Origin: Rhina ancylostomus
Taxonomy: Eukaryota
Direction: 5' to 3'
DNA length: 64,000 nucleotides
NCBI GenBank assembly: GCA_030265395.1
Contig: JARFYF010000104.1
Coordinates: 61,869,215-61,933,214 of the forward strand
Positions 12,406 through 25,500 of the stretch are shown here, one piece after another. The notes under the pieces are model-generated. The model did no database searches, was not told the DNA's origin, and saw only the letters and a list, made by a program, of their open reading frames with translations. Position 1 is the first letter of the stretch; every line of letters starts with the position of its first letter. Position numbers and translations under genes: made by a program.

Positions 12406-13107
12406 ACTTTCAATTCACACTACTCTCACAGCCACACAATAGTCATAATTGCAGTATTTCATTAAACATGGGTTTAATGGGCTCACAAAGTGTGCAACCC
12501 TCACTGTGATGACCTTAGAAGTATAAATGAACATGAAACTTGCTCTCTGGGATATACATGTAAATATTATGTTCTCCATTTCAAAGTTCAACTGGGAATA
12601 ATGGAGATAAAAAATATACCTGTCAAAATTAAGTGAAGCTGGTAATCATAAACAGAAATGTACAGAATATTAGTAATGGGTATTAGAAACAGATCCATTT
12701 GTCACCTATTTGAAAACTCCTTCACACCAAGTCAGTTCTGCAGAAAGAATTAAGCCATTGTTCTGGAATTCCAACAGTGTAAGTTCCTCAACTATGCCTC
12801 CAGATCTGTCCAATTCCTTTGTTTTTTCATGGATCAATTTTACCCTTTAATGGTCAGAAAGGTTCTGGTGCAGTTCATTATCACAGAAGTGAAGTTCACC
12901 AGTACAATAACATAAAATTCCTCTGTTACTTTCAGTATTGGATTCAGGTGCTGCTGCAGCACAAGTTGCACAAGCTAACAGGATTCCAACTTGTTTCTTG
13001 CCCTGTCAATTAAAAGATCAAAGTGACAGTGACCCATTGTTAAGATCTTAAGATTTCCATCTGTAATATTTTGCAATTCTGATAGAAAGTCACATGGCTG
13101 AAATGAC

Positions 13108-13720
13108 TAGAATTTGTATTTATATAAACCTTTTAATGTAGTACAATACTCCAAGGCAGATCAAAGAAATAATATCAAATAATTTTTCATTATGCTATGT
13201 AAGAATATATGAGGATAGAGGACCAAAGCATTGATCATAGAAGTAGGTTTTATGGAGCATCTTTATGGAGGATAATACAGGGAGATGATTAGGTAGGGAA
13301 TTTCACAGCCATTGTCAGGTTGAAATTTGGTGTGGATATGTCATCATCTTAGAGTGAAATATGACCTCATAGTTTCAAAAAGACTGGTTTAACCTCAGAT
13401 TAATTGCGAGGGAAATTGGTAATTAGTTTGTGGTGGAAATCAAATTCAATGGTGTCATCCTGGCTAATATTTAGTTGGAGGAATATTCTGTTCACTCAGT
13501 GCTAGATGTTGAACAAGCAGTCTGACTATTGCAAACAGATCTAGTGATGAATAACTAAACCATTTTGCTTCCAAATCTGTTTAGGTCCATGTTCCTTGGA
13601 TATATGGAAGCAGTGATGAGTGCAGTATCATATTTCAATCAGGACAAGAGAAAATAATGGGTTTAAGGGTCAGTGGCATATTGTAGGTGGAGGTGAGGTA
13701 ATAATGTGGTGGAGCTGATC
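13108..13720 (-). mobile_element. Old L2-like LINE 3' portion
   Basis: ttgtatttatataaacc..gaagtaggttttatggagcatcttt..agggaatttc pattern, shared with 45478-45665. Confidence 0.45.
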
Positions 13721-14675
13721 CAGAAAAATGTTGTGGTAAAATAAGGGGCAAAGGCCAGGAATTTAAGTTATTGAAAGTGAATCAAGAGAGTTTTCTTTCC
13801 ATTACTGAATGATTGAGCCACATTGAGAGGTGGAAAAAGGACACGTACAGAAAAATACAAGAAAATACATTTTTTGTAGATTTTAAAATAAATTTAAAAT
13901 TGTTCTAAAGTGTTCCAAGAAACTGACAGGTAGCAAAGATAGGGCTGCAGCTTTGCTGTGTGTCAAAGATTTTGCCACCATTCTGTGGACAGAACAGATT
14001 CTGATTTGCCTACATGACAGCTCTTTGTCATGCAGAAAACTGCCCTGCTATCCTCCAGAGTCTTGCCTTTCAGGATCCAGACTTGCCTTTCAGCAAATTC
14101 AACATCATATGTGTGCAACTAATATCTACCTTGGCAGTGAATGGAGACCATGTTCAGGGCCTTAGTATCTTTTGCAAAACCTTAGGAATATTTCAAAAAC
14201 AGATTAGCAGGTTATTGATAAGTATCTTTGTTAGTAAGGGTATTGATAGAAAGCTGAGTTCAGAAATTAACAAGTATGATCCCTAATATGCCAGATTCCT
14301 ATCATTGCAGTTGATGTTCCTGTTCATCAACATTCTTGATAGATGTTTTGTTCCCTTAGTTTCCACATAATTTGTTTACTCTAAGACATTTGGGAATTTG
14401 GAATTTGTTTTAATTTACATTAGATGCTATATTTGCTATTAAAAGATTTCAGATTATAATTTTATTTTAGTTTAAAGAAGTTAGATCAATTTGGAGAGTA
14501 TTTTCATTTCTTAGGATTTTCTCTGATAGTTGAGCTATTATATGTCATGGTCCACTTCACATTATACAGATCCTTGATAGGTAGTCCAGAAATGCAAATT
14601 AATATAGGTAAAGAAAGAAGGAAGTAGAATGTGTCTGAAATACTTTACAAATAATGGAATAATAAAGTGGGTTCA

Positions 14676-14885
14676 GCATAGAAGATGACCATTCAACCCA
14701 TCAGGTAAGTACTGGCACTGAGCAGGTATGATGCAACTAATCCTGCTACTTACCCTCTCCCCATTGCCCCACGAATAATTTTATTTCTGGCACTCATCCA
14801 GCTCCATTTCGATTGCTACAGTTGAACTTGCCTCCACAACTGTCCTTGGCAGTGCATTCCAGACCCTAACCATGCAAAAAAAGAA
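14676..14885 (-). mobile_element. CR1 3' end remnant
   Basis: ccattcaacccatc..ttgcctccacaac..ggcagtgcattccagaccctaacc. Confidence 0.6.
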
Positions 14886-15765
14886 AGCTTCTATTGTTTA
14901 TCCAACTTGTGTCTTCCAAGTGCTATGATTACATATCTTGCAAGAGTTGAATTGAAGGATTGTCTCAGATTGTGATTTGCTTAAATTTTCAAGGGGAAAT
15001 CAACTCACGGCATTGTTGCCTTATATCACTTTTCTACAATGCTGGTCAAGAGCTAAAAGTTTAAATATTGGACATTAAACTTTGTCCATCATGACGATAT
15101 AAACAATCAATGCGTTTCTGTTTTATCAATCAGCTCTCACTTATTGTCAAGTTTGATGTGATGCAGAAACACTTAATACACAGGAGGTAGATTGTGTCAC
15201 GCTGGGTTCTTCTAATCTATAATCCAGACAATTGTATAAAAGGATTTAAAAGGATTAATTTCAGAAGTAATTTGCATAAATTTTCAGGGGACAGTCAAGC
15301 AGAAATTATTTTAATGTGACACAATATAATTGATGCTGGTTCGCATAAGGTGCAGAACTTGTTTTCTTTAGGGAACACATTATGTACACACAGAGACACA
15401 CACACATTTCCAATTTTCACATGTTGGAACTGGCTGGTTCCGAGAATTAGTTGTGCTGTTTCTACTGTGAGTGTAAAATAAATGGCCCAACCTTTAAGTA
15501 CCAAACTTTCAAGTTGTCAAATTCCATTATGTATATATTTCCATACATTTACTTTTTAATGCTTTGCAGATATTGTCATAGCTTGAGGGAAAAGTACAGC
15601 CATTTTCATGATTTCATACATAACAATGCCTTGCATTCCAGCTATCATAGGTATTAGTTCTAGCATGCTGTTTTGATAGAGTATGAAATAAGAGATAGCT
15701 CATGGATTAATGTTCTACTTTATTAATGTTTTTACAATTTGTTAAACTGGATGTATGGGACCATT

Positions 15766-15980
15766 CTTGTCATGGTCCCTGCACCTTATTGTCTACCTTC
15801 ACTGCACTTAGTCTGTTACTGTAACTGCAGCACTATATTCTGCATTCTGTTATGGCTTTTCCCTTGTACTACCTCAATGTATTTATGTTTTGAAATGATC
15901 TGTATGGATGGCTTGCAAAACAAAGTTTTTCAAAGTATCTTGGGACACATGACAATAATAAGCCAATACCAATACCAATC
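15766..15980 (+). mobile_element. Rex1/Babar LINE 3' UTR
   Basis: Matches 42240-42430 and 55150-55468; ends tgacaataataagccaataccaatacc. Confidence 0.8.
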
Positions 15981-16334
15981 ATTAACTCAAACCATGGAAA
16001 AAAGACATTCATCTTTGGAGTTGGGGTAGCTCTGATGGACAAATAAATAATTATTCCTCCAAGTTCACTCTACCTCCAAGTTCCTTTCATTTGCAGATTT
16101 CGAAATGGAATGCAATATATTCCCATCTGAGTCATTAATATATAGTGAAGAAAGAAATGGTTCTGTTTCTGATTATTGTTTCAGCACTGAGTTATCTATA
16201 GTTACTAGCTTCATTCAAGAAACATTTGCAAATTTCTATTCTCAAGTATCACCTTGTAACCTACTGATACTTGAGAAATTATGGGCAGGGCAGTTTCCTC
16301 CTTCAGCAACCTACGATGTTTGCCATCTGGACCA

Positions 16335-17072
16335 AGTGAGTTATCTATTTTATGTTCAACTGATATATTTTAGTCCATCCAAAATCTCAACCAAATTTTC
16401 CTTTGCTGAGGCTCGAGTAGCATCTTCCTTGATAAACAATAATCTAAAATACTCATTCAGTACCTCAGCCATGCTATGTGCTTCTACAAGTAAATTTTCT
16501 TTTTGCTCTCTGACCAGCTCCACCTCTCCCCTTACAATCCTTTTTCTCTTTATTTGTCCGGAGACTATCTTTGGATTCCCTTTCACATTTGCTCTTTTTC
16601 ACAAGCTCTTTCCTTGTCCCTCTTATTTTCTCTTTTTTTATTTCTCATTTCAACTTGTTATTATCAGCCTGATTATCAACAATGTGGCATCTGTGATAAG
16701 CTTTTTCTTCTGGTTCCATATACCTTTCTAACTGTTATGTTATCCAGTGAACTCCAACTTTAATTTCCCCACCTCTCTTTCTCCTGTGAATATACCTAAA
16801 CTGCAGCTGAAATGCTTCCATCTTAAAAAGCTCCAATTATTCAATTATAGTCTTGCTTGCCATATTTTGATTTCAGTTTACCGGTGCCAGATCAGTTCTC
16901 ATCCCATTGAAACTGGTCCCTATCCAATTGACTATTTATCCCTTGGAGTGGATTATATCATTTTCCATAGCTATTCTAAATCTTATTCTAAATCATATGA
17001 TATGATTAAGTTTCTTTGATACTCCCCAAGTCACTTGGCCTGGTTCATTTCCTGGAATTAAGTCCAGCAATT
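16335..17072 (-). mobile_element. Decayed CR1 LINE, endonuclease-tether region
   Basis: KGNPK..IKRKRIVRGEV..EAHSMAEVLNEYF..F.KE. Confidence 0.8.
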
Positions 17073-17473
17073 ACAGTCAAATATTGATCAGAGCAAAGTT
17101 AGCTGATCTTGGCTACAAAGCTGAACTGAGACCTGATGTCCTGGACTGAGGAAAGAAACATTACCAAGGTTTTAATTCTCAGATTCCCGAACTGAAGTGT
17201 TGATCCATGTTTGTCTTACAAGCACATTATGCTGTGCAGCTGAGATATCTCCCATTGATTTGACGCATAACTCATTGTTCAGATTCACACATTGCAAAAT
17301 ATAGGAAATCAAATGGCATGGAAGAATACGTCAACAATTTCAATGATTTTAAAAGGTGTTAAAAGGTTTTAAAAATGTTACTGTATGTAGATCCGGAAAC
17401 ATAATAAGTCTAGTTTCTGATTTAAAGAAAGATTCTGGAATTTCCTCTAATGCTTTGTGTTTTATCTATTCCT

Positions 17474-18617
17474 CGGTCCACAATGTTGTGTCAACCTTTC
17501 AACCTTGCCTATGACTATCTAACCCCTTCGTCCCACATATCCCTTTATATTAAATTCCTCCATATGCTTATCTAGCAATCTCTTGAATTTAACCAATGTC
17601 AATGCCTCACCCAGCACCCCAGGCAGCGCATTACATGCCCTAACCAATCTGGGTAAAAAAGCTTCCTCTGATATCTCCCTTGAATTTCCCACCCATTACT
17701 TTAAAGCCATGCCCTCTTGTATTGAGCATTGGTGCCCTGGGNNNNNNNNNNNNNNNNNNNNNNNNNNNNNNNNNNNNNNNNNNNNNNNNNNNNNNNNNNN
17801 NNNNNNNNNNNNNNNNNNNNNNNNNNNNNNNNNNNNNNNNNTCCTAACCAGTCGTTCCACCTCTCTCGTCACCCACGGTTCCCTCACCCTGCCATTCCTT
17901 CTCTGCCTCACTGGGACAAATTTATCCCTAACATCCTGCAAAAGATCCCTGAACATTGACCACATCTCCATAGTACATCTCCCTTCAAAAATGTCACCAA
18001 ATTACACTGCCGAGTTCTCGCCTTATAGCCTCATAATTTGCCTTTCCCCAATAAAGTATCTTCCTGTCCTCTCTGCTCCTGTCCCTGTCCATGACAATCC
18101 TAAAGGTTATGGAGCAATGGTCACTGCCCCCCAAATGCTCACCCACTGATAGATCCATCATCTGTCCCAGTTCATTACCCAAAACTAGATTTAATATGGC
18201 ATTCCCTCTAGTCGGTTTGTCAACATACTGTGAATGGAATCTGTCCTGGACACACTTAACAAACTGCGCCCCGTCCAAACCTTTGGCACTAAGTAGGTGC
18301 CAGTCAATATTGGGAAAGTTGAAGTCTCCCATTATAATCACCCTGTTATTTTAGCATCTTTCCAAAAACTGCCTCCCAATCTGCTCCTCAGTATCCCTAC
18401 TGCTACTGGGGGGCCTATAGAATACTCCCAGTAGAGTAACTGCTCCTTTCTTGTTCCTAACTTCCACCCATACCGACTCTAGAGAGGATCCTTCTACATT
18501 ATCCACCCTTTCTGCAGCTGTAATAGTATCCCTGACCAGTAACACCACCTCTCCTCCTCTTCTCCCCCCTCCCTATCCCTTTTAAAACACTGAAATCCAG
18601 GAATATTCAGTATCCAG
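17474..18617 (-). mobile_element. Relatively young CR1 LINE: endonuclease (17842-18617), gap, 3' end (17474-17741)
   Basis: LNIPGFQCFKRDR..LLVRD..ESVWVEVRNKKGAVTLLGVFYRPP..IIMGDFNFPNIDW..QYVDKPTRGNAILNLVLGNE..SDHCSITF. Confidence 0.92.
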
Positions 18618-18639
18618 GAATATTATGTGCTATTATATT

Positions 18640-18985
18640 TAAAAAGCTAAGCTATATGCAATTAATTCACACAAGGCCTTCACTGATGAATCAGATGTAT
18701 GCTGAAAAATGGATACCGACAACTACTTAGAGGAAGTTATGTACTCTGAATACACTTTCATAGGACTCATGCAGATTGTACACCAGCAAAGGTGCTCATG
18801 TTATAGTGGATCTTGTAAGAGTGCCAGATGTGCACAGGTCCTGTTTGATTAACAGAACCTCAAACAGTTCAGGACTCACTGAATAATGTGTTGAAGAGTA
18901 AGCTTGGGTAATATACTCACCTGTGGAAAGTGGCTTGAATCCATGAACAAATGACTCATAATGAGAGTATAACTGAGCCAAGGCT
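18640..18985 (-). mobile_element. Old SacSINE1/DeuSINE-like SINE
   Basis: Minus ggctcagttatactctc..gagtca..ggattcaagccac resembles the head at 8703. Confidence 0.45.
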
Positions 18986-19049
18986 GGTATGTTTATTTCC
19001 TTGCATAAAATGTAGCAGCTGGGCTGCAGAATTCTGCACTTACCTGGGT

Positions 19050-19236
19050 GCTTGTTGATTGGCCACGGTAAATTACCCCTAGGTTGTAGGTGAATGGTAG
19101 AATCTGGGGAGAGTTGACGAGAATGTGAGAATAACAAATGGATTAACATAAAATTAGTGTAAATAGATGGTCTATGGTCAGTGCCGACTCAATGGGTCGA
19201 ATGACCTGTTTATTTACTGTATCTTTTTGTGACTAT
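19050..19236 (+). mobile_element. V-SINE/HE1-like SINE, 3' half
   Basis: attggccac..taaattaccccta..gaatggtagaatctgggg..gactcaatggg, shared with 44004 and 52072. Confidence 0.75.
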
Positions 19237-20780
19237 TTCTAAACCTGGTTGAAAATTTGTGTGACACAATGACATAGAGTATACTTTTACTCCCCAATTT
19301 CTTCAAAGTACATTTATTACAAATTCATGGCAGACTCTTGGATGTTAACACCCTTTGCACACGGCTGTGCCTGAAAGGGGTCAGAGGGAGGGAAGAAGAT
19401 GGAAAATTCAATGTCGCTGATAAGGCATTATTGCAGCATTTTGTATTTTTATCAGTGTGATTCAATGCAATGTCTAAAGCAGGTGCTCTTTTGAAGCACA
19501 AAGCCCACATATAAGAAGACTCTTCAAAGACTTAATTTGTAATCCACAAAGGAGATATTTATGTTGCAAACCAAAAGGGGTAAAAGAGTTAGGTTTATGG
19601 AAGGAGTGTCCTGTTATTTAACAGATTAATTTTGATTATCCTTATTCATTAAATATTTTTCAAACATTACCCCTATTCAGAAAACTTCAATGAATTTTAA
19701 ATAGTCTCATAAGATCGATTTTTAATACTGTCAGATTTTATGTGCAGTTGGGCCACCTCTAACTGAACTGTATGTCTCATTCTCTGCAGCTGTGTGAAAT
19801 ATAGCCCTACGTCATTATCCCCATCCACCTATAGTTGTTTAGATGTGGTGGGCTGGTAGATGTAACAGCTCACAATGTGGATAAAGGGAATACAACTCTC
19901 CTTCCTTAACAGATTGGGGCAAAGTAAAATCAGTCTCGGATAACATTTGGTTGCTGAACTACATGACAATGCTAGCCACAATCAAACACAAATTTACAGT
20001 TTATTGCCAAAGAGAAAATTCAGTATCTTGAAGTTTTCCATGATTTACCTGATTTGGGAGAGATTTCACAGAAACTAATTTCCTTGTTATCTTTACTTAA
20101 TGTTGCTTCTTACATAAATATGCAAGTTGAAGAGAGTCATGTCTGTGCCAATTTATATGGTCTGTTACAAGATCTCTGAGCCAAGAGTTCTTTTCTCATT
20201 GCATTTTTATTTATGAGCAATGTTTTCTGCCAAGTGTTCTGAATTAAACTTTGCCATAGTGCTTAGAAAGTAATTTGCTAATATTGAATGCTATTATAAG
20301 CAAGGAGATACAATTGGTTTTCTTGAATGTATTGCACTCCAGGAAACATGACATCAGTGATCCTAAAGTGTGGACTATTGCTTTATTGTGCAACAAATAC
20401 AGAATGTCTAAACAAGTAAATAATGAATGGAAAAAAAAACACTAGAATCCATATCATCTCCGGGGAGAGATACAAGACTAGATTCGCAAAGAAAACAGGC
20501 AGCTTGAACAATGAGTGAAAAATGTCTTTCTGACCACCTAGGTGAACATAACTGTTCCATGAGATCATTGGAATCCAACCAATTCAACTCTACCTTTCAC
20601 ATGAGGTTACTTATGCTCCAACTGGATACAGGAACAGTTTTTGCTTGAATGAATGCAGTGAATTTATATCCACCACACAAGAAGACAAGCTGTTCCAGAG
20701 GTTCACCGTTCTCTCAGGGAAAACAACACCTGCCAATATCTAACATAGATCTGGTCTCACATAACTTAAAATTATGACCC

Positions 20781-21188
20781 TATCATGGTTCTGAGTACTG
20801 CTCCTTGATTTGGCTCCTTAGATGTCTTGTTGTACAGCACATGAATTCCATGCTGGACTGATTACATAATAACACACACCTGAGCCCCATCAAGGGCCAA
20901 ACATAAGTACCTGGGTTTCTCTAGCACGAGTTACCAGAATATTGGTCAACCTTTGGGTATACTTTGGCTCCTGGCTGCTTAGAGTGATCTACTCTAGAGC
21001 AGTCCTGTGTTCTCTATTCCTGTTGGAAGATTCAGTTTGTGTTGGGATTCCTAATCAGATCTCTGAGGCAAGATTCCTTCCAGTTGCTGCCAGTGTTTGG
21101 TCCTGAGGAAGTATCCTGACTCCAGTTCTGTACCAGTGTGCTGCATTTGGGTTGTCTGTGAGCTTGCTCTATGCTCAACATTGTGACA
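20781..21188 (+). mobile_element. Probable solo LTR (Gypsy-like)
   Basis: T(A/G)TCA...TGACA termini, about 408 bp, cacacctg box and TATA-like cataagta; second copy at 57217. Confidence 0.55.
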
Positions 21189-21458
21189 TGTACATCGAAA
21201 CACAGAGTGAAATGCATCTTTTGTGTGGTGTTCTGGGGGCAGCCTGCAAGTGTCATCATGCTTCTGACACCAATATAGCATGCCCACAACTTCCTAACCT
21301 GTACATCTTTGGAATATGGGTGGAAACTGGAGTACCTGGAGGAAACCCACGCAGTCATGAAGAGAATGTACTAACTCCTTACAGACAGTTGCTGGGATTG
21401 AACCCGGGTCACTGGTGCTGTAATAGCATTACGCTAATCGCTATACTACTGTGCATGC
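21189..21458 (-). mobile_element. V-SINE-like SINE with Rex1/Babar-like tail
   Basis: tRNA-like head with B box (ggttcaatcc on minus), V-domain gtgggtttcctccaggtactccagtttcc; close to 46525-46797. Confidence 0.8.
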
Positions 21459-22554
21459 ATGAAAACATGGAAATACAGCATGGAAACAGGCCTTTTGGCC
21501 CAACTCATCCATGCTGACCTTGATGTTCAACAAGCTAGTCCCATTTGCCCACATTTTCAACACTGGAAACTGCAGATAGTGAGTTTGTGGTTTGATTATT
21601 CACTGCTGGTTGCCAACAAGCTTCCAATGACATATATTTTTTATGTTCCCAGAGTTTATTTATGTTCTCCATGCTTTTTCCCATGCATGCAACCTGGGCT
21701 GTGTACAAATCTGAAATCCAATGATCTTGTACATCTGTACAACATCAAGGTCTTAATTCAGAGATGCACATCCCTAGCTCCACAAGTGCTGAAGGACACA
21801 GTATGATTAACTCCAAAAATATAAAAACAATTTTTTCCTCAATGTCTTGTGAGTTTTTATGCCAGAAATATGATTGCTCTGATGCTTGTGCCTGTGCTTG
21901 TTCTCTGGGAGCTGTCGGTGTCCTGCCTAAAGTTCAATGGGAGACCAGAAGAACATGTACAATTTTGTGAGGAATGTCAGTCACACTATACAATTCATTG
22001 GCTGTTATTTTTCATTGATTCCCAATACCTCCCAGCCTCCAAACCCCATACGTGTGAAGTACCGTTCATGATTTGATCAACGTGCACTTCTGAATCCAGC
22101 ACTTTGATGAAGATCAGAGAAAGAGGAAGTCCAAGTCTGATCACTGAGAGGTTGCAGTCAGTCTGTGTTCCTCACAAGGTTTCATGCTTTTTTTTCCTCT
22201 CTTTCAGTCAGTGCATTATTCACTTCCAAGTTCGTCCANNNNNNNNNNNNNNNNNNNNNNNNNNNNNNNNNNNNNNNNNNNNNNNNNNNNNNNNNNNNNN
22301 NNNNNNNNNNNNNNNNNNNNNNNNNNNNNNNNNNNNNNCATGGAATCCATGTGCTGGACAACAAGGCATTAATGGAGCCAAATTGAGGGCCAGAACTCAG
22401 AACCATGACACAGAGATGGCTTTTTACTTTGCTTTTACCTCTCCTTTTCTACTGTCTTGAAAATATTGGTTCTGTGGTTTCTTTACTTGAAACAACAATT
22501 CTCCAATGCTTCACTTTTGATGTTATTTTGTGTGAAGGGAGAAGTGGAAAAGTT

Positions 22555-22830
22555 TTCTTTTATCATTTGTTTTCAGAATATGGGCAGCACAGGAAAGATC
22601 AGCATTTATTGCCCATCCCCATTGCTCTTGAGAATGTGGTAGTGCGGAGATTCTTGAATTGCTGCATCCTTCTGGTGAAGGTACTACCACAGTGCTATCG
22701 GAGAGGAGTTCCAGGAGTTAGACCCAGTGATGATGAATTATCTAATTCAGTGTGGTATGCCACTTGGAAGAATACACCTGCTACCCTTGTCCTTGGTGGT
22801 AGACATTGCAGGTTTGGAAGGTGCCGTTGT
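22555..22830 (-). mobile_element. Second CR1-superfamily LINE 3' end
   Basis: cagcatttattgcccatcccc..gcccttg-like terminus and ccttgtccttggtggtaga..ggtttggaaggtgc as at 4055-4493. Confidence 0.6.
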
Positions 22831-23724
22831 ATTCAGATGCTTGCAGCAAGAATGTATAATTTGCAGTGTACCAAAAATTGACCAAAGGTTGACTAAATTT
22901 CCTATTTCAAGATGCTGTCAAACTATGTTGGAAAGGAAAGGATAATCATTTTGTCTGGACCTATGCTTTGTAACACTGTCAGTAAAGTAACAAGTCATTG
23001 CATAAATCAGAAGACTGCAGTGTGTCTAGCTCTGTCTTCAATGGACATTGGCAAGTGTGAATATTAATGGAAATATTTATTAACAAGATTTAAACTCCTG
23101 ATAATTTTTTTAAAAAGATTCTCTGTCAAAGCTTCTTTGTTGGCCATCAAGCATTGCTATGTTGGACAAACAGGACACAAGGTGGTACAATCAAAAGAAA
23201 GCATGTGTTAATCAAATTGTAATGGGTGTTATTTTGGATTATAAGATTGAGAGTGAAAGGAGCAGCTGCAGTTAAGGGTTAAAATCTTGTAAGAGACACC
23301 TTGTAAGAAGTCAGAGGCAGAATAACCTGATGGATTTTCAGGGTGAGTTCTGTCCAAAGTCATCTGAAATTAGACACTAATGTTTAGAGTTAAAAGGATA
23401 GCTTGTAAGGCAACTACAAACAAGATTGACCACCTCCAAGGAAAGAGGGCAGCAGCTGCATTAAGGGTTAAAGGGTACAGTATTTAGACATCCCATTAGA
23501 GTTGTAACATTTTACATTAGTAATTTCATAATATCATTTGTGGTGCTTGTATTTATATTATTTTGTGGCATTTGGTCAAGTTTTAATAGACTGTTTAAAA
23601 GATTTCTAAATGTTGCTGCTCTTATTTGATTTTCTCAACCCAGACAGGTTCAGACTTAAGTCAGAGAAAATAACAGTAGGAAAAACTACCTACATTATTA
23701 GTCTGGTTTAGGCAAGTAAATGCA

Positions 23725-23930
23725 ATGCCTTTTGTAGACAGTACGCGTTGCAGCCACTGTGCACCAGTGGTAGAGGAAATGAATTAGGGTGGTGGACAGG
23801 ATGCCACTCAAGTAAAAAAAACTCTCATCTAGATGATGTCAAGAGTTGATGGCGATATTTTCATCCAGACAAATGGAGAATATTCCATTACACTTCTGAC
23901 TTGTGCCTTGCAGATAGTGGGAAGGTGTTG
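23725..23930 (-). mobile_element. Second CR1-superfamily LINE fragment
   Basis: tgcagccactgtgcaccagtggtagagg..tccatta cacttctgacttgtgccttgcagat; antisense of 30395-30640. Confidence 0.55.
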
Positions 23931-23934
23931 GGGT

Positions 23935-25500
23935 AACTAAAGCCCTCCATTCTAGGCAACTTCCTAGTGAATCTCTTCTGTACCCTTCCTAGTGCTACCA
24001 CATCCTCTCTATAGTGTGGTGACCAGAACTGCACACAATATTCCAAGAGTGGTGTAACCAATGTATTGTACAGCTGCAATATGATGTCCCAATTGTTATA
24101 CGCAATACCCCTACCTATGAAAGCAAACAATCTTATTGTTCTTCTATACCCTATTCAACTGTATTGCCATTTTTAGGGAGCTATGAACTTGCATCACAAG
24201 GTCCTCTGTACATAAACATTTCTAAGGTCCCTGCCATTGACTGTTTATATCCGGCCTGTATTATACAAATCAAAGTGCATTACCTCACACTTGTCTGGAT
24301 TAAATTCCTTCTGCCACAGCTCCACCCAACTTTCCAGCTGATCTTTGTCGCTCTATATTCTTAAACAACCATTCTTGCTACCTACAACTCCACCAATTTT
24401 CATGTCATCAGCAAACTTTCTTATCAGACCACAGACATTCTCATCCAAATTTTATTTATATATATATATATATATATGACAAACAACAAAAGTCCCAGCA
24501 CTGATCCCAATGGTGCACCATTGATTACAGACTTTCAGTCATAAAAACAACCCTCCACTACTACCTTCTGTAAACTATCACCAAGCTAATTTTGGATCCA
24601 GTGTGCCAAAACACCTTAGATCCCATGTGCTCCCACTTTTTGGACGTCTACCATGTCAGACCTTTGTCAAAAATCTTGCTTAAACTCCATGTATGTCATG
24701 TCTACTGCCTTGCCTTCATCAATTTTCTTGGTAGCCCTCTCAAAAAAAGCTCAGATTTGTGAGGCAGGATTTCCATGCACAAAGCCATGCTGACTCCTTC
24801 TAATCAGTCCCTGCCTTTCCAAATGATCAGTAATCCTATTCCTAAGAATTTTTTCCAATATTTTCCCTACTAGTGACATAAGGATGACCAGCCCATAGTT
24901 TCCTGATTTATCCATACTACCCTTGAATATGGGAACAACATTAGCTATCCTCCAGTCTTCTGTTACCTCACCCATAACTAAGGATGATGCAAAGGTCTCT
25001 GCCAGAGCCCCAGCAATTCCCTCCTTCTTTTCCCCATTACAACCTGGTGTAGGTTTCATCAGGCCCTGGGGGTTTGTCCACTTTTGTATCTCTAATACTT
25101 CCTCTTTCCTGATATACACATGTTCCAAACTATCCTCATATTATCCCCCCCTCCCCCAATCCTCCATCCTCCATCCTCCCTGGTGAGTACTGACATAGAC
25201 AATTCATTCAGGACACCACACATGTCCCCTGGTTCCACATAAAGACTTCCCTTTTGGTCTCTGAGGAGACCTATTCTTTCCCTAGCTACCCTCTTGATTC
25301 TAATATATTTATATAAGGTTTTAGAATTCTCTTTAATTCTGTAGGTCAGGGCCATTTCATGTACCCTTTTCGTCCTCCTAACTGCTTTTTTTAAGATCTC
25401 TTCTTTAAATCTCAATTGATAATACATGACTTACACTTGCTTCTTTTTCCCAGTCAAATCTTGGTTAACTATTTCCTTTGTTAACCATGGTTTCCTGATC
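23935..25500 (-). mobile_element. CR1 LINE ORF2 (tether plus RT), decayed
   Basis: EDWRIANVVPIFKG..GNY..V.L.S.VGKILEKILR..SQHGF; KFADD; LEYCVQFWSPHYREDV..RVQKRFTR. Confidence 0.92.
24457..24477. repeat. (TA)n microsatellite, about 10 units, inside the CR1
   Basis: Seen directly. Confidence 0.9.

Noticed and set aside
16105-16731. 208-aa plus-strand ORF, the longest gap-free ORF
   Set aside because: Largely the antisense of a CR1 fragment, with S/F/L-biased composition and no recognisable domain.
18921-18983. 63-nt minus-strand exon-like segment with a strong gtgagt donor
   Set aside because: Coincides with a decayed SINE head; no evidence of exonisation.
19038-19047. acttacctgg resembling the U1 snRNA 5' end
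   Set aside because: No further U1 sequence; it abuts a SINE.
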